Shown in pieces: positions 46,059 to 55,940 of a DNA stretch of 64,000 nucleotides (positions within the stretch are counted from its first letter, which is position 1; the number at the start of each line of letters is the position of its first letter). Origin of the DNA: an uncultured Bdellovibrionales bacterium (GTDB taxonomy: Bacteria > Bdellovibrionota > UBA1018 > CAIPTA01). The position numbers were made by a program, and so were the translations under genes. The notes beneath the pieces were generated by a model that saw nothing but the letters and a program-made list of their open reading frames with translations, was not told the DNA's origin and did no database searches. The stretch is taken from NCBI GenBank assembly GCA_964416595.1, contig CAYQES010000004.1, forward strand, positions 5,588 to 69,587, in the 5' to 3' direction.

Positions 46059-47327
46059 ATGGAACTCGCCTTTCGCTCGGAGCAAGGATCGCAACCGCGG
46101 AATGAGGATAGCTGTTTAGTTAAACAGGAGCAGGGATTATTTCTGGTTTGCGATGGTTTGAGCCTAAAAAAGGGCGGGAATTTGGCGGGCCAATTGGCCG
46201 CGGAGGCTTTTGTTTCTTGGTGGGAAAGTAACCGATCTTTACGGGAGAAGATTCCCAATCCACTGGCAAAGGAAGAAAAGAAGAATTGGGAAGAGGCCTT
46301 TCGCTTAGCTTTCCAGGAAGCATCGAAGCGAATTTTTCAAAAAGCCACTTCGGATCCAGAATTACATGGCATGTGCACAGGTTTGGATGCGCTCCTCATT
46401 TTGGGGCAGCATGCATTGATTGGTCATGTGGGTGCGGGCCGAGTGTATTTAGTGCGTAAGGGAGAATCCCATTTGCTCACGGAAGATCACACTCAACTTG
46501 CCTATTTACGAAGAGTGGGAAAATTACAAAACGTGAGCCCTCAGCAAATGGCCTCTTATGCCAGAAGAATGACACGGGCTGTGGGTTTTCAGGAGGACGT
46601 AAAAGCCGACTTTCTCTTTGTGGAGCTTGAGCCTAACGATCGCTTCGTGGTGATGACTGATGGTGTGTGGCAAACCTTAGGCGAAGAAACTACTTTTAGT
46701 TTGGCGGCACGGGCGGGGAATCCCCAGCAAGTATTAGATTCACTTCATACCACTGTGAACGAAACCGGGCCTCGGGATAATTTCACTACTCTTGTGTTAG
46801 ATCCACAACTCAGCTCTGCTCCAGTGGCGATAGCGGCAGAACAAAAAGTAAAACTGCTGGGAAAGGTGCCCGCCTTCGAATATTTATCGTACCAGGATTT
46901 ATTGAAAGTATTGAGCGTGGGAGATTTGGTGAAAGTGGCCGACGGGCAAACTCTCTGCAAGGAGGGCGATCCTGGCAGCGAGATGATGTTGATTTTATCC
47001 GGCGCTACGAATGTAATGAAGGGCGGACAAGTGATTCGCACCTTGGGCAAGGGTGATGTGTTTGGAGAAATGAGCATGATCGATGCGGCACCTCGCTCGG
47101 CCACGGTGGTGGCAACTGCTGCCACAAATCTTTTGGCCTTTCCTCGAGATTCGCTCTTTTCTTTACTACGTGAAGATCCCATTCTTTCTGTAAAATTTCT
47201 TTGGGGCATGGGAATCGAAATGAATAAGCGGCTACGGGTGGCTTCGAACCGACTCGTGGGTAAACCTGATAATGAGGGTGCTGCCACAGAAAAAAAGCTG
47301 GCCCTGCCTTTTCATCGGAGTGTGTAA
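46059..47327 (+). CDS. PP2C-family Ser/Thr phosphatase fused to a C-terminal cNMP-binding domain
   Basis: The N-terminus RNEDSCLV...GLFLVCDGLS and VVMTDGVW are PPM metal-binding motifs. The C-terminal ~130 aa carry a cNMP-binding signature (GDPGSEMMLILSGA...GDVFGEMSMID..PRSATVVA). Confidence 0.65.
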   Translation: MELAFRSEQGSQPRNEDSCLVKQEQGLFLVCDGLSLKKGGNLAGQLAAEAFVSWWESNRSLREKIPNPLAKEEKKNWEEAFRLAFQEASKRIFQKATSDPELHGMCTGLDALLILGQHALIGHVGAGRVYLVRKGESHLLTEDHTQLAYLRRVGKLQNVSPQQMASYARRMTRAVGFQEDVKADFLFVELEPNDRFVVMTDGVWQTLGEETTFSLAARAGNPQQVLDSLHTTVNETGPRDNFTTLVLDPQLSSAPVAIAAEQKVKLLGKVPAFEYLSYQDLLKVLSVGDLVKVADGQTLCKEGDPGSEMMLILSGATNVMKGGQVIRTLGKGDVFGEMSMIDAAPRSATVVATAATNLLAFPRDSLFSLLREDPILSVKFLWGMGIEMNKRLRVASNRLVGKPDNEGAATEKKLALPFHRSV

Positions 47328-48662
47328 ATGAAGATCTTATTGGTTTCCGACAATAAGGAAGTAAAAGAACTTTTGAGTTTTCATCTCACTTCCCATCATC
47401 CCATTACGGTGCGTGAATGCAGTTCCGCACGGGAAGCCGTGGAAATTCTCAGCAAAGAAGATTCTTCCACTTTCGGAGCGCTTGTGGCGCCTTACAATGG
47501 CCAAGATTCTGTGATTTTGCAGCATTTGAAAGGGCGCGCTACGCCCTTGCCTGTGATTTTTTTCTACGATCCAGTGATGGGCAAGCCTGATAATGCCGCC
47601 TTCGCGGGACTGGCTTTGATTGGCACTGTGGAGCAGGCCACAATGCTGGATGGAATTAGCAGTTTGCTCTCAGGTTTTTTGTTAAAGGGTGGATCGGCGG
47701 AGAGTTTGAGTGAGTATTGCCCGATTCGCACCAATCTCATTATTCGCGTGAGCCCCTTGAAGGGCGATATTTATGTGCGTCTTTCAAAAGATAAATACGT
47801 AAAACTTTTCCGTAGTGGCGATGAGTTTGAACACACAGATCTCGAGAAATACTACGAGACCAAAAAAATCGAATATATGTACTTGAAGCGAACGGATATT
47901 TCCGAATTCATCAATCGCTTTCGTAAAGAACTGGAAGATTTGCTCGCGCGCAGCGATGTGAAACCCGAAGAGGCCTTGGCTACGGCGGAAATGTCGCAAG
48001 AGGCGATCCAGGAATTAGTGCATCGAGTGGGTTTCAACGAGGAAGTGCAAGAGCTTGCGAAGAAAAACGTGCAACTTACTCTAAAGGCCATCGGTGCCCA
48101 CCCACGTTTGCAGGATCTCATCAACAAGGTAACCAAAGAGGGAAATTATATTTCCCAGCACAGCACGCTCCTAGCCCATGTTTCCTGTTGTGTGGCTAAA
48201 GAGATGGAGTGGGGTTCCGATTCCACTTTTAATAAATTAGTGCTCGCTTCTTTTATGCACGATGTTTCTCTCAATAATCCCCAGATCGCCAAGATCAACA
48301 CCATGCGGGAATTAGAGGAACGAAAAAGTGAATTTCCTGAGGATTTGGTGAAAAGCTACCACTTGCATCCGGCTAAATCCGCCGATGTGGTGCGGAATTT
48401 TAAAGAAATTCCTGCGGATGTGGATCTCATTGTGATGCAACACCATGAGCGCCCCAATGGAACAGGGTTTCCTCGAGGTTTGGCGCATAATTATGTAGCG
48501 CCTTTGGGTGCTCTCTTCATCATCTCCCACGATCTCACGCAAGCGATCATGGAACGGAAAGAGGCATTTTCTCTGCCCGATTTCGTGGAAGATAAAAAAA
48601 CTCTCTTCAATCAGGGCAATTTCAAAAAAGTGATGGCGGTGTTGGAGAAAGTGAAGTTATAG
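47328..48662 (+). CDS. degenerate receiver-like domain + HD-GYP-type phosphohydrolase domain protein
   Basis: Its ATG overlaps the upstream stop (TAAATG). The N-terminal ~110 aa have a REC-like fold pattern but no phospho-acceptor Asp (ILLVSDNKE; no D near residue 55). The C-terminus has FMHDVS (HD) and HHERPNGTGFP (HHExxDGxGYP-like) HD-GYP motifs. Confidence 0.6.
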   Translation: MKILLVSDNKEVKELLSFHLTSHHPITVRECSSAREAVEILSKEDSSTFGALVAPYNGQDSVILQHLKGRATPLPVIFFYDPVMGKPDNAAFAGLALIGTVEQATMLDGISSLLSGFLLKGGSAESLSEYCPIRTNLIIRVSPLKGDIYVRLSKDKYVKLFRSGDEFEHTDLEKYYETKKIEYMYLKRTDISEFINRFRKELEDLLARSDVKPEEALATAEMSQEAIQELVHRVGFNEEVQELAKKNVQLTLKAIGAHPRLQDLINKVTKEGNYISQHSTLLAHVSCCVAKEMEWGSDSTFNKLVLASFMHDVSLNNPQIAKINTMRELEERKSEFPEDLVKSYHLHPAKSADVVRNFKEIPADVDLIVMQHHERPNGTGFPRGLAHNYVAPLGALFIISHDLTQAIMERKEAFSLPDFVEDKKTLFNQGNFKKVMAVLEKVKL

Positions 48663-49358
48663 GAGCGGGCAGGCGCCAGCCTGATCGAACAAGCGATGCC
48701 AATCTTTGGTCCATGTTGCTTGTAAAACAAGAACTTTGCCCGAAAGTTGTTGGATTTTCATTTCTGCGCACCGAAGAAGCATGCGTTCCACTCCCGTGAG
48801 TGCGGCAAATTCTCGATTTAGTTTTTTATCTCCATGTTGTTTATCACCGAGTATTGGGAATCCAGCGGCTGCCAAATGGCGGCGAATCTGATGGAAGCGC
48901 CCAGTGAGTGGTTCGGCCCAAAGTAGGGTGAAGGTGCGTGGCGTGCCTTTGGGGCCAAGGATCGGTAGTTGAAAGTGGTGTAGGGCTTCGAGCTGGGTGC
49001 GGGCCGGCTGGGATTCGCCTTTTGTGTTTTTTAGGGGCAGTTCTAAGAGAGAGGATCCGAGAAAAGATCCTCGCACAAGGCAAAGGTATTTCTTCTGCAC
49101 CGATTGCTCTTGGAATTGTTTTTGGAAAAAACTATTTAGTTCTTTTTGTTTAGAGAAAAGCAGGATGCCGGAAGTGGCTCGATCTAAACGGTGCATGGGA
49201 TAGAGGGTGGTGGATAATTGCTTTTGCAGGATGCCAAGGCTATTCCAGCGAGGATTGAGGGCAATAGATTTATCTTCCGGCGGATGACTATGAAACCCTG
49301 GGGGCTTATCCACGGCTACGAGCGAATCGTCTTCATATAGGATGCGGAGAGCGAGCAT
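48657..49358 (-). CDS. RluA-family pseudouridine synthase
   Basis: HRLDRATSGILLFSK catalytic Asp motif; 233 aa. Confidence 0.75.
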   Translation of the reverse strand: MLALRILYEDDSLVAVDKPPGFHSHPPEDKSIALNPRWNSLGILQKQLSTTLYPMHRLDRATSGILLFSKQKELNSFFQKQFQEQSVQKKYLCLVRGSFLGSSLLELPLKNTKGESQPARTQLEALHHFQLPILGPKGTPRTFTLLWAEPLTGRFHQIRRHLAAAGFPILGDKQHGDKKLNREFAALTGVERMLLRCAEMKIQQLSGKVLVLQATWTKDWHRLFDQAGACPLL

Positions 49359-49547
49359 AGAGTTATAAGCGCAAGGTACATTTCCCAGAGGCTTTTTGCT
49401 ACTTTCTTAGCCTGTGAAATCTCAGGGGAATTTTCATTAACGGATCTAACTATTTGAATTTATGATGGTTTATTCCCCATTCTAATATACGACTAAATTA
49501 ATATGTTATAATTACCGATAGGGGTAACGTGCCTGGGGAGGTGTTGT

Positions 49548-52500
49548 TTGTTCTTAAAAGCCCTAGCCTTCGTTCGCGACCAAATTGCCAGTTTAATTAC
49601 AGTACAAACCGCTGCCTGGACTGGCTCGTCTATTTTGGCTGCCGTTGCCACTAAAACATTGGTGATGCCTATTATTATGGAAGAGCTGAAAATGGCTCAG
49701 CCGGAGTCTAATCCCGTGGTGGTGGAGGCTCCTCTTTCCTCTGAGCACTCCCACAGAGATTTTCACAATTTACCTAAATCTTTGAACAAGAACTTTGGGG
49801 ATTCAAAAAAAGCCCAATCAGAATCGGCTGCTGTAGATAAAGCTGGGCAAACGAGCGAAGTTGCCAGTAGTGGTGGAACTCCCACTTCAGAGGCAGTGCC
49901 TAGTTTTGGTTTTAGTGCCCCTCGCACACTAGCTTCCAGTGAAAGCAATAAAGTAAAAAAACAAGAGGAAGAGAAAAAGGATTCTTTGTTTGTGGGGGGA
50001 TCTAGTAGTGCTTCTACTAGCACCGATACAAGTACTTCCACGAGCACATCAGCCTCTACTAGCACCACAGAAGAGGCGGTGACCATCAGTGTATCTTTCG
50101 CTGCCAGTTCTCAAACTGTGACGGAAGGCACAGCTACCGCCACTGTAACGGTGAGCCTATCTTCTGCTTCTACAAATGAAATCACGGTGCCCGTTACTGT
50201 GGGCGTAGCTTCTACGGCCGTGAATATTACGGATTATACGATCGCGACTTCCACGGTAACCATCGCCGCCGGCAGCACTTCTGGTACTTTGACTGTAACT
50301 CTGGTGGATGATGCGCTCACAGAACTTTCGAAATCACTCGTATTAACCTTGGGAACACCCAGCGAGGGTGAATTGGTTACTGCTTCATCCACTCACACCA
50401 TTACTTTGAGTGATAACGACACTTCTTCCTTAGCGATCGGCACTCCAGTGAGTGTTACAGAGGGTGGGGTGGCTACCGCTACTGTGACCCTTACAGGTAC
50501 CGCAGCCTATGACATTACCGTTAGCTACTATACCACGGATAGTTCTGCTTTGGCTGCCACTGACTATACAGCTCGCTCGGCTACACTCACCATTCCTGCT
50601 GGTAGCACTTCGGGCGCGATCAACGTGAACACGATCAATAATTCTCTGGATGAAGCGGTTCGTAGTTTCTTTATAACTTTATCTACTCCTGTGGGAGCTT
50701 CTTTAACCACTAATACGGCCACTGTGAACATTAACGACGACGATTTTACCCCGGGTGTATACGCAAAAGCATCCATGGGTGGTGACGCCATGTTGCTGTT
50801 AACGGCTGGAGGAGGCTTAAAGACAAGTGGCAGTGCAAATATTAATGGCTGGATTTTCACTCCTACCGATGTATCTGGCTATACTACTGGCGTTTTAGAT
50901 ATTTCCGCTGGTAATGGCACGTTCTGCATTATCGTAACTGGAAACGCAGCCAAATGTTGGGGGGGGAACGGTAATGGTAGCGTTGGAGACGGAACCACCA
51001 GCAATCGTACAGCTCCCACTCAAGTAACAGGTCTTACTTCAGGAGTTGCACAGATTAGCGCTTATAGTTCATTGGCCTGCGCCGTATTAACTGATGGAGC
51101 GGCGAAATGCTGGGGTAATAATACAAGCGGCGTTTTAGGCGATGGAACTACGAATAACTCTTCCACTCCAGTTACAGTTTCAGGAATTGATGGGGTTGCT
51201 GCCGATGCAATTTATATTGCAGCTGGCACCTCCCGTTCTTGCGCGGTCATTTCCGATGGTACTATTCGTTGTTGGGGGGCTAACTGGTTAGGAGATAATA
51301 CCTCTAACCCCAGCAATACTCCGGTTACTGTGCAGGGGATCGCTTCCGGTGCTACAAAGGTGGGCGTAGGTTACGCCAACTCTTGCGCTCTGGTGAATGG
51401 TGGCGTGAAGTGTTGGGGTTGGGCTAACTATGGTGTAAACGGTGTTTATGCCAATGCTGCTACACCTGTTGATATCGCAGGCCTAACAACTAACGTAATC
51501 GATATAGCTGTGGGCTGGACTAATGCTTGTGCTGTTACTACGGCGGGTGCTGTAAAATGCTGGGGAACGAATGCTTCAGGTGAGCTAGGTAATGGTACCA
51601 GTACTGACAGCGCAACCCCCGTGCAAGTAACGGGTCTTACTTCAGGCGTTACGTCTATATCTGGAATCAGTGGTTCCTTTTGTGCTCGTTTAAGTACTTC
51701 TGAAGTGAAGTGTTGGGGTGACTCTTCTTATGGGAGGCAGGGTAATCAGAAGGGCCCTGGGCACCGATTTTCTCCTGTTGATCTAACTACTTTACCCGCC
51801 AATACTACTGCTCTTCAATTTGGTAACTTCCTTTGTGTGCTAAATAATTTAGGTGGAGTGAGTTGTGTGGGCAATAACGGGCAGCACGGAACCATGGGGA
51901 ATGGTACGTGGAGCAACGCAGTTACTTTCCAAAACGTTACAGGTCTTGCCTCTGGTGTAAGTAAACTAGCTTCTACCACCCATACAATATGTGCTCTATT
52001 GACCGATAAAACGGTTAAATGCTGGGGGTATAGCAATATTGGTCAAGTTGGCGATGGTGCCACCACCAGTCGTAACGTACCCGTGGCCGTAAGTGGTATT
52101 ACTGATGCTATCGATATCTATGCCTATAAAAGCGGTCATGGATTTTGTGTGATCTTAAACGATAAGACAGTAAAATGTTGGGGCTCGAATGACCAATATC
52201 AACTTGGCGATGGCACCAACACCAACCGCAGCGCCCCAGTTGCCGTTGTGGGTTTGGCCGATGTTTCGAAATTGGCTCTATCGACCAGTGGTGCTTGCGC
52301 GCTCTTAACTGATCAAACAGTAAAGTGTTGGGGGCTAGGAAATTCAGGACAGATAGGTGACGGTACAAATAATAACAGAACTAGTCCGACCCAAGTATCA
52401 GGCTTGGGAGTTAGCTCTGGAGTGGTGGATATTACTGCCGGCTCCAACCATTACTGCGTGCGTTTTAATTCTGGTGCTATGAAATGCTGGGGAAATGGTG

Positions 52501-52880
52501 GCTACGGTAATTTAGGCCAAGGAGCTAACACTAATAGTAACGTGCCTATCACTCCCACTGGTTTGGGTAGTGGAGTGAGTGGTATCGCGGCTGCCGGTAC
52601 GATCAGCTGTGCACTTCTTACTACCGGCCCTGTGAAATGTTGGGGCAGCTCTTGGACGTGCGGTAACCCGATTGGTAACGGAGATACTACTTGTGCATTA
52701 AAAAATACGCCGCAACAAGTTTCGGGTATTACAGCCGGAGTTACTGAAATCCAATCGCATACAACTGCTATCACAGCTAAATTAGAAGATGGCACTTGGA
52801 AGTTCTGGGGTGCTGTTGGCACCGATGCGGCCGTACCCGATGGTTTCAACAGCCGGGTTCCCAATTTCGTTGCGCCCTAA
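49548..52880 (+). CDS. giant repeat protein: Ser/Thr-rich linker + three Calx-beta-like repeats + about thirteen RCC1-like beta-propeller repeats
   Basis: Three ~100-aa repeats (TEGTATATVTVSLSSAS...ITVPVTV...DYT..TSTVTIAAGSTSGTLTV.L.DD.L.E). Then ~13 repeats of the form A..CA.L.DG.VKCWG.N..GQLGDGT...R..P. The ORF-track start 49548 is TTG. Alternative in-frame ATGs at 49665 and 49692 make the start uncertain. Confidence 0.6.
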   Translation: MFLKALAFVRDQIASLITVQTAAWTGSSILAAVATKTLVMPIIMEELKMAQPESNPVVVEAPLSSEHSHRDFHNLPKSLNKNFGDSKKAQSESAAVDKAGQTSEVASSGGTPTSEAVPSFGFSAPRTLASSESNKVKKQEEEKKDSLFVGGSSSASTSTDTSTSTSTSASTSTTEEAVTISVSFAASSQTVTEGTATATVTVSLSSASTNEITVPVTVGVASTAVNITDYTIATSTVTIAAGSTSGTLTVTLVDDALTELSKSLVLTLGTPSEGELVTASSTHTITLSDNDTSSLAIGTPVSVTEGGVATATVTLTGTAAYDITVSYYTTDSSALAATDYTARSATLTIPAGSTSGAINVNTINNSLDEAVRSFFITLSTPVGASLTTNTATVNINDDDFTPGVYAKASMGGDAMLLLTAGGGLKTSGSANINGWIFTPTDVSGYTTGVLDISAGNGTFCIIVTGNAAKCWGGNGNGSVGDGTTSNRTAPTQVTGLTSGVAQISAYSSLACAVLTDGAAKCWGNNTSGVLGDGTTNNSSTPVTVSGIDGVAADAIYIAAGTSRSCAVISDGTIRCWGANWLGDNTSNPSNTPVTVQGIASGATKVGVGYANSCALVNGGVKCWGWANYGVNGVYANAATPVDIAGLTTNVIDIAVGWTNACAVTTAGAVKCWGTNASGELGNGTSTDSATPVQVTGLTSGVTSISGISGSFCARLSTSEVKCWGDSSYGRQGNQKGPGHRFSPVDLTTLPANTTALQFGNFLCVLNNLGGVSCVGNNGQHGTMGNGTWSNAVTFQNVTGLASGVSKLASTTHTICALLTDKTVKCWGYSNIGQVGDGATTSRNVPVAVSGITDAIDIYAYKSGHGFCVILNDKTVKCWGSNDQYQLGDGTNTNRSAPVAVVGLADVSKLALSTSGACALLTDQTVKCWGLGNSGQIGDGTNNNRTSPTQVSGLGVSSGVVDITAGSNHYCVRFNSGAMKCWGNGGYGNLGQGANTNSNVPITPTGLGSGVSGIAAAGTISCALLTTGPVKCWGSSWTCGNPIGNGDTTCALKNTPQQVSGITAGVTEIQSHTTAITAKLEDGTWKFWGAVGTDAAVPDGFNSRVPNFVAP

Positions 52881-53066
52881 TTCTTCCTAAAACAGCATGA
52901 AGCTTATGTACCGACAGGTACTCACATCATAAGTGTCCGAATTTTTGATGTCACAAATTGTAATGCCAAAAACAGATTTGCTTGGTGCAAGCAATGCTCG
53001 ATAGCGATTTAGCGGAACTTTATGAGGTGGTTACGATTAACGCGCATGCGACACAAAAAGTAGCCG

Positions 53067-53143
53067 GACACCAAATGGTGCACTCGGCGAGAGTCGAACT
53101 CACGACCTTTGCCTTCGGAGGGCAACGCTCTATCCAACTGAGC
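53067..53143 (-). tRNA. tRNA-Arg (anticodon CCG), CCA encoded
   Basis: The reverse complement reads GCACTCG-TAGCTCAGTTGGATAGAGCG-TTGCC-CTCCGAA-GGCAA-AGGTC-GTGAGTTCGACTCTCGC-CGAGTGC-A-CCA. It has a 7-bp acceptor stem, anticodon loop CT-CCG-AA, a T-loop GTTCGA, and is 77 nt. Confidence 0.9.
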
Positions 53144-53311
53144 TACGAGTGCGAAAATTTGTCTTTGTCCTACCTTTTTCTGCCCACTAGCTCAATGGCT
53201 TTCTCGATTTCTCTCGCAAACCAAGAAATGATGCATTGAATCATTTCTTCCTGCTCTAGCTTGGATTTTTCTTTTTCCTTTCCTATGGCTATACTTTCTA
53301 GCGAGGTGGCA

Positions 53312-53668
53312 ATGAAACATATTCTATTACTTACTTTCATGATTCTGGTTCCTACTTTGGGTTTTGCTAAGCCGGCTAAGGATGAGAAAAAACAGAAAAC
53401 TTCCATCGCAGCGAGCGACTGCTTGAAAGTTGCTCAGGATGTGGCTACCAGAGCTTTAAAAGATGAGGATGAAGACGCCGCCCTTGTTCCTCTAGCCAAG
53501 GGTGAAAAGCCGCGATTTATGAACCTGCAGAACGGCGGGGTTTACGCTTTGGCCGGCAAAATCGGTGGCAGCGCTGGTTGGGATGTGGTGGTAGTGGTGA
53601 ATAACATTTGCGTGGAGCAAGATGTTTTTATCCAAGATGCCGTTAGTTACCCTGGCATGGCCGAATAA
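53312..53668 (+). CDS. small secreted hypothetical protein
   Basis: ATG 53312; signal peptide MKHILLLTFMILVPTLGFA; 118 aa. Followed by the hairpin AGCCTGCT-ttttaag-AGCGGGCT plus TTTTT, a candidate terminator at about 53699..53731. Confidence 0.5.
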   Translation: MKHILLLTFMILVPTLGFAKPAKDEKKQKTSIAASDCLKVAQDVATRALKDEDEDAALVPLAKGEKPRFMNLQNGGVYALAGKIGGSAGWDVVVVVNNICVEQDVFIQDAVSYPGMAE

Positions 53669-53784
53669 AATAAATTCTATAACGTCAAAATAATTTTAAG
53701 CCTGCTTTTTAAGAGCGGGCTTTTTGTTTCCTTCTATTTCTAAGCTTTGGTATGCAAAGGGCCTCGTAAATACTCAGAGGTTTT

Positions 53785-55002
53785 ATGCAGTCCATTTCTA
53801 GAAGTGCCAAGCTCGCTGTCCTTGTTTCGGCTTTAGGATATTTTGTTGATATCTATGATTTGCTTTTGTTTAGCATCGTACGAGTGGCGAGCCTTCGAAG
53901 CTTGGGCTTGCCCGAAGAAGAGTTACTTTCTCAAGGCGTGTTGCTGATCAATACGCAGATGGCGGGCTTGCTTTTAGGTGGAATTTTTTGGGGGGTTTTG
54001 GGAGACAAACGCGGGCGCCTATCAGTGCTGTTCGGCTCCATTCTACTTTACTCTCTAGCCAATATTGCCAATGCCTTTGTGCAAACAGTTCCCCAGTATG
54101 CCATCTTGCGTTTCATCGCGGGTATCGGTTTGGCCGGAGAATTGGGTGCGGGCATTACTTTGGTGTGTGAACTTATGCCCAAGGAAAAACGTGGCTATGG
54201 CACCATGGTTGTAGCAAGCATCGGAATTCTCGGCGCTGTATTTGCTGCCTTTGTAGGTGAGCTCACCTCTTGGCGCACAGCCTATGTGGTGGGTGGGGTG
54301 ATGGGGTTGATGCTACTTGTGCTGAGAGTAAGCGTGAGTGAGTCTGGTTTATTTGAAGGCATCAAAGCCCGAGTAGAAGTTAGCCGTGGAAATTTTTTGT
54401 CTCTTTTTTCTCCTTGGGCGCGAGCTAGAAAATATATCGCAGTGATTTTAGTGGGAGTTCCGATTTGGTTTATTGTGGGTGTTCCCGTAACTTTCGCTCC
54501 TGAATTTGGAAAAAGTTTTCTCATGCAAGAATTACCCAAGGCTGGTAGCGCCGTGATGTTTTGTTATCTTGGTTTGTCCTTAGGAGATTTAATTTCCGGA
54601 TGGGTGAGTCAGCTTTTGGGTAGCCGGAAAAAATCGTTGTATGTTTTTTTAGCGATTTTGGGCGGTTCCTATGCTCTCTACACACAATTTGCCGGCGCCT
54701 CTCTTTTCACTTACTACCTCTTTTGTTTTTTGATGGGTGTGGGCGCGGGCTATTGGGCCATGTTTGTTACGATAGCTTCAGAGCAATTCGGCACGAACCT
54801 TAGGGCCACCGCCACCACAACGGCACCTAATTTTGTGCGTGGAGCGGTGATTCCGATCACTATGTCCTTTGAGTATTTGCGCCAATCCTTCGGTGTGGTG
54901 CCGGGAGCATCAATGGTGGGTTTGGTGGTGTTGGGATTAGCTTTTATTTCGGTCTCGTTTTTGGAGGAAACTTTTTCCAAAGATATGGATTATCTCGAAT
55001 AG
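53785..55002 (+). CDS. MFS transporter
   Basis: 12 predicted TM helices and the MFS loop motif GVLGDKRGRL between TM2 and TM3. Confidence 0.75.
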   Translation: MQSISRSAKLAVLVSALGYFVDIYDLLLFSIVRVASLRSLGLPEEELLSQGVLLINTQMAGLLLGGIFWGVLGDKRGRLSVLFGSILLYSLANIANAFVQTVPQYAILRFIAGIGLAGELGAGITLVCELMPKEKRGYGTMVVASIGILGAVFAAFVGELTSWRTAYVVGGVMGLMLLVLRVSVSESGLFEGIKARVEVSRGNFLSLFSPWARARKYIAVILVGVPIWFIVGVPVTFAPEFGKSFLMQELPKAGSAVMFCYLGLSLGDLISGWVSQLLGSRKKSLYVFLAILGGSYALYTQFAGASLFTYYLFCFLMGVGAGYWAMFVTIASEQFGTNLRATATTTAPNFVRGAVIPITMSFEYLRQSFGVVPGASMVGLVVLGLAFISVSFLEETFSKDMDYLE

Positions 55003-55185
55003 TTTTCCACGGTGCCGTGTATCGGCATTGAAGATGGGTGCATTAGCCAAGATGCCCCGGTAGCCGGATAAATTATAAATCACTGAAATCACGTAAAGAT
55101 TTTAATTGTAGGGGAGCCCCTGACCGGGCGTTTACGTTTGACAGGAGGGAAAGGAAAATTTAGGCTTAAATAGGGAATAAAATAG

Positions 55186-55932
55186 GTGTGGGGGCCGCGC
55201 TTGATTTCTTTTGATGCAAAAATTTCCAGGAGAAAACTACTTACTTCCGCTCCTCTATTGATTGGTGGAGTGGCAACGGCGGGCGGAGCATTTACGTTGC
55301 CCCAGATTTTTTCTTCTTTCACAAAAAAAGAAAAGCAATCCGGCGCCGAAGCCTCCCAACTCAATTTAGTGCTTCATTACTCTCCCTTTGATTTCCATGA
55401 GAGTTGGAAAAAAAGCCAAGCTTCAGGTTCTTTCTCTACCATGGCCCGTTGCCTTTCTTACGATACGATGGCTAACTTCACCAAAAATGAGCTGTTGTTT
55501 CTCGAAGCATATAATGGTGAAGAGCTCGTGGGTTATGTGGGTTTGCGGAACTACAGAGATACCAATCCCGGCGAACTCGTTTCTTCTTTGAAGTTATGGT
55601 TTGGTAACGCTAATCCGCCTGCGGGCACCCGCGGTAAGATCGACGAATCCGCTCCCTGGGCTAAGTTCAAAGGTGATTTTGCTTATATCGCTCGCTATTG
55701 GGTGCACCCTGAGTGGCGGGGACAAAAGCTTGGTAGCCGCATGATCAAACGTTTGCAGCACGAAGCTTCGATGGTGTGGCGTCCGGAAGCGTATTTATCT
55801 TTTGTGGTGAAAAAAGATTTGGCCAATTATTTGGTGCGAGACAAAGCTTTTCAATCCCAGCACGCAAATAGCTTCGAATACACCTCGCCTTATCGGCATC
55901 TTTCCAATACAGCTCTCTGGCGCCGGGCTTAG
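55186..55932 (+). CDS. GNAT-fold acetyltransferase-like protein with TAT-type signal peptide
   Basis: GTG start. N-terminus SRRKLLTSAPLLIGGVATAGGAF (twin-arginine pattern). LVGYVGL...YIARYWVHPEWRGQKLGSRMIKRL resembles GNAT motifs A and B. Confidence 0.45.
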   Translation: MWGPRLISFDAKISRRKLLTSAPLLIGGVATAGGAFTLPQIFSSFTKKEKQSGAEASQLNLVLHYSPFDFHESWKKSQASGSFSTMARCLSYDTMANFTKNELLFLEAYNGEELVGYVGLRNYRDTNPGELVSSLKLWFGNANPPAGTRGKIDESAPWAKFKGDFAYIARYWVHPEWRGQKLGSRMIKRLQHEASMVWRPEAYLSFVVKKDLANYLVRDKAFQSQHANSFEYTSPYRHLSNTALWRRA

Positions 55933-55940
55933 TGCCTAGT

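Noticed and set aside
52982-53239. 85-aa ORF spanning the tRNA-Arg locus
   Set aside because: It overlaps a clear tRNA gene on the opposite strand; its translation is meaningless.
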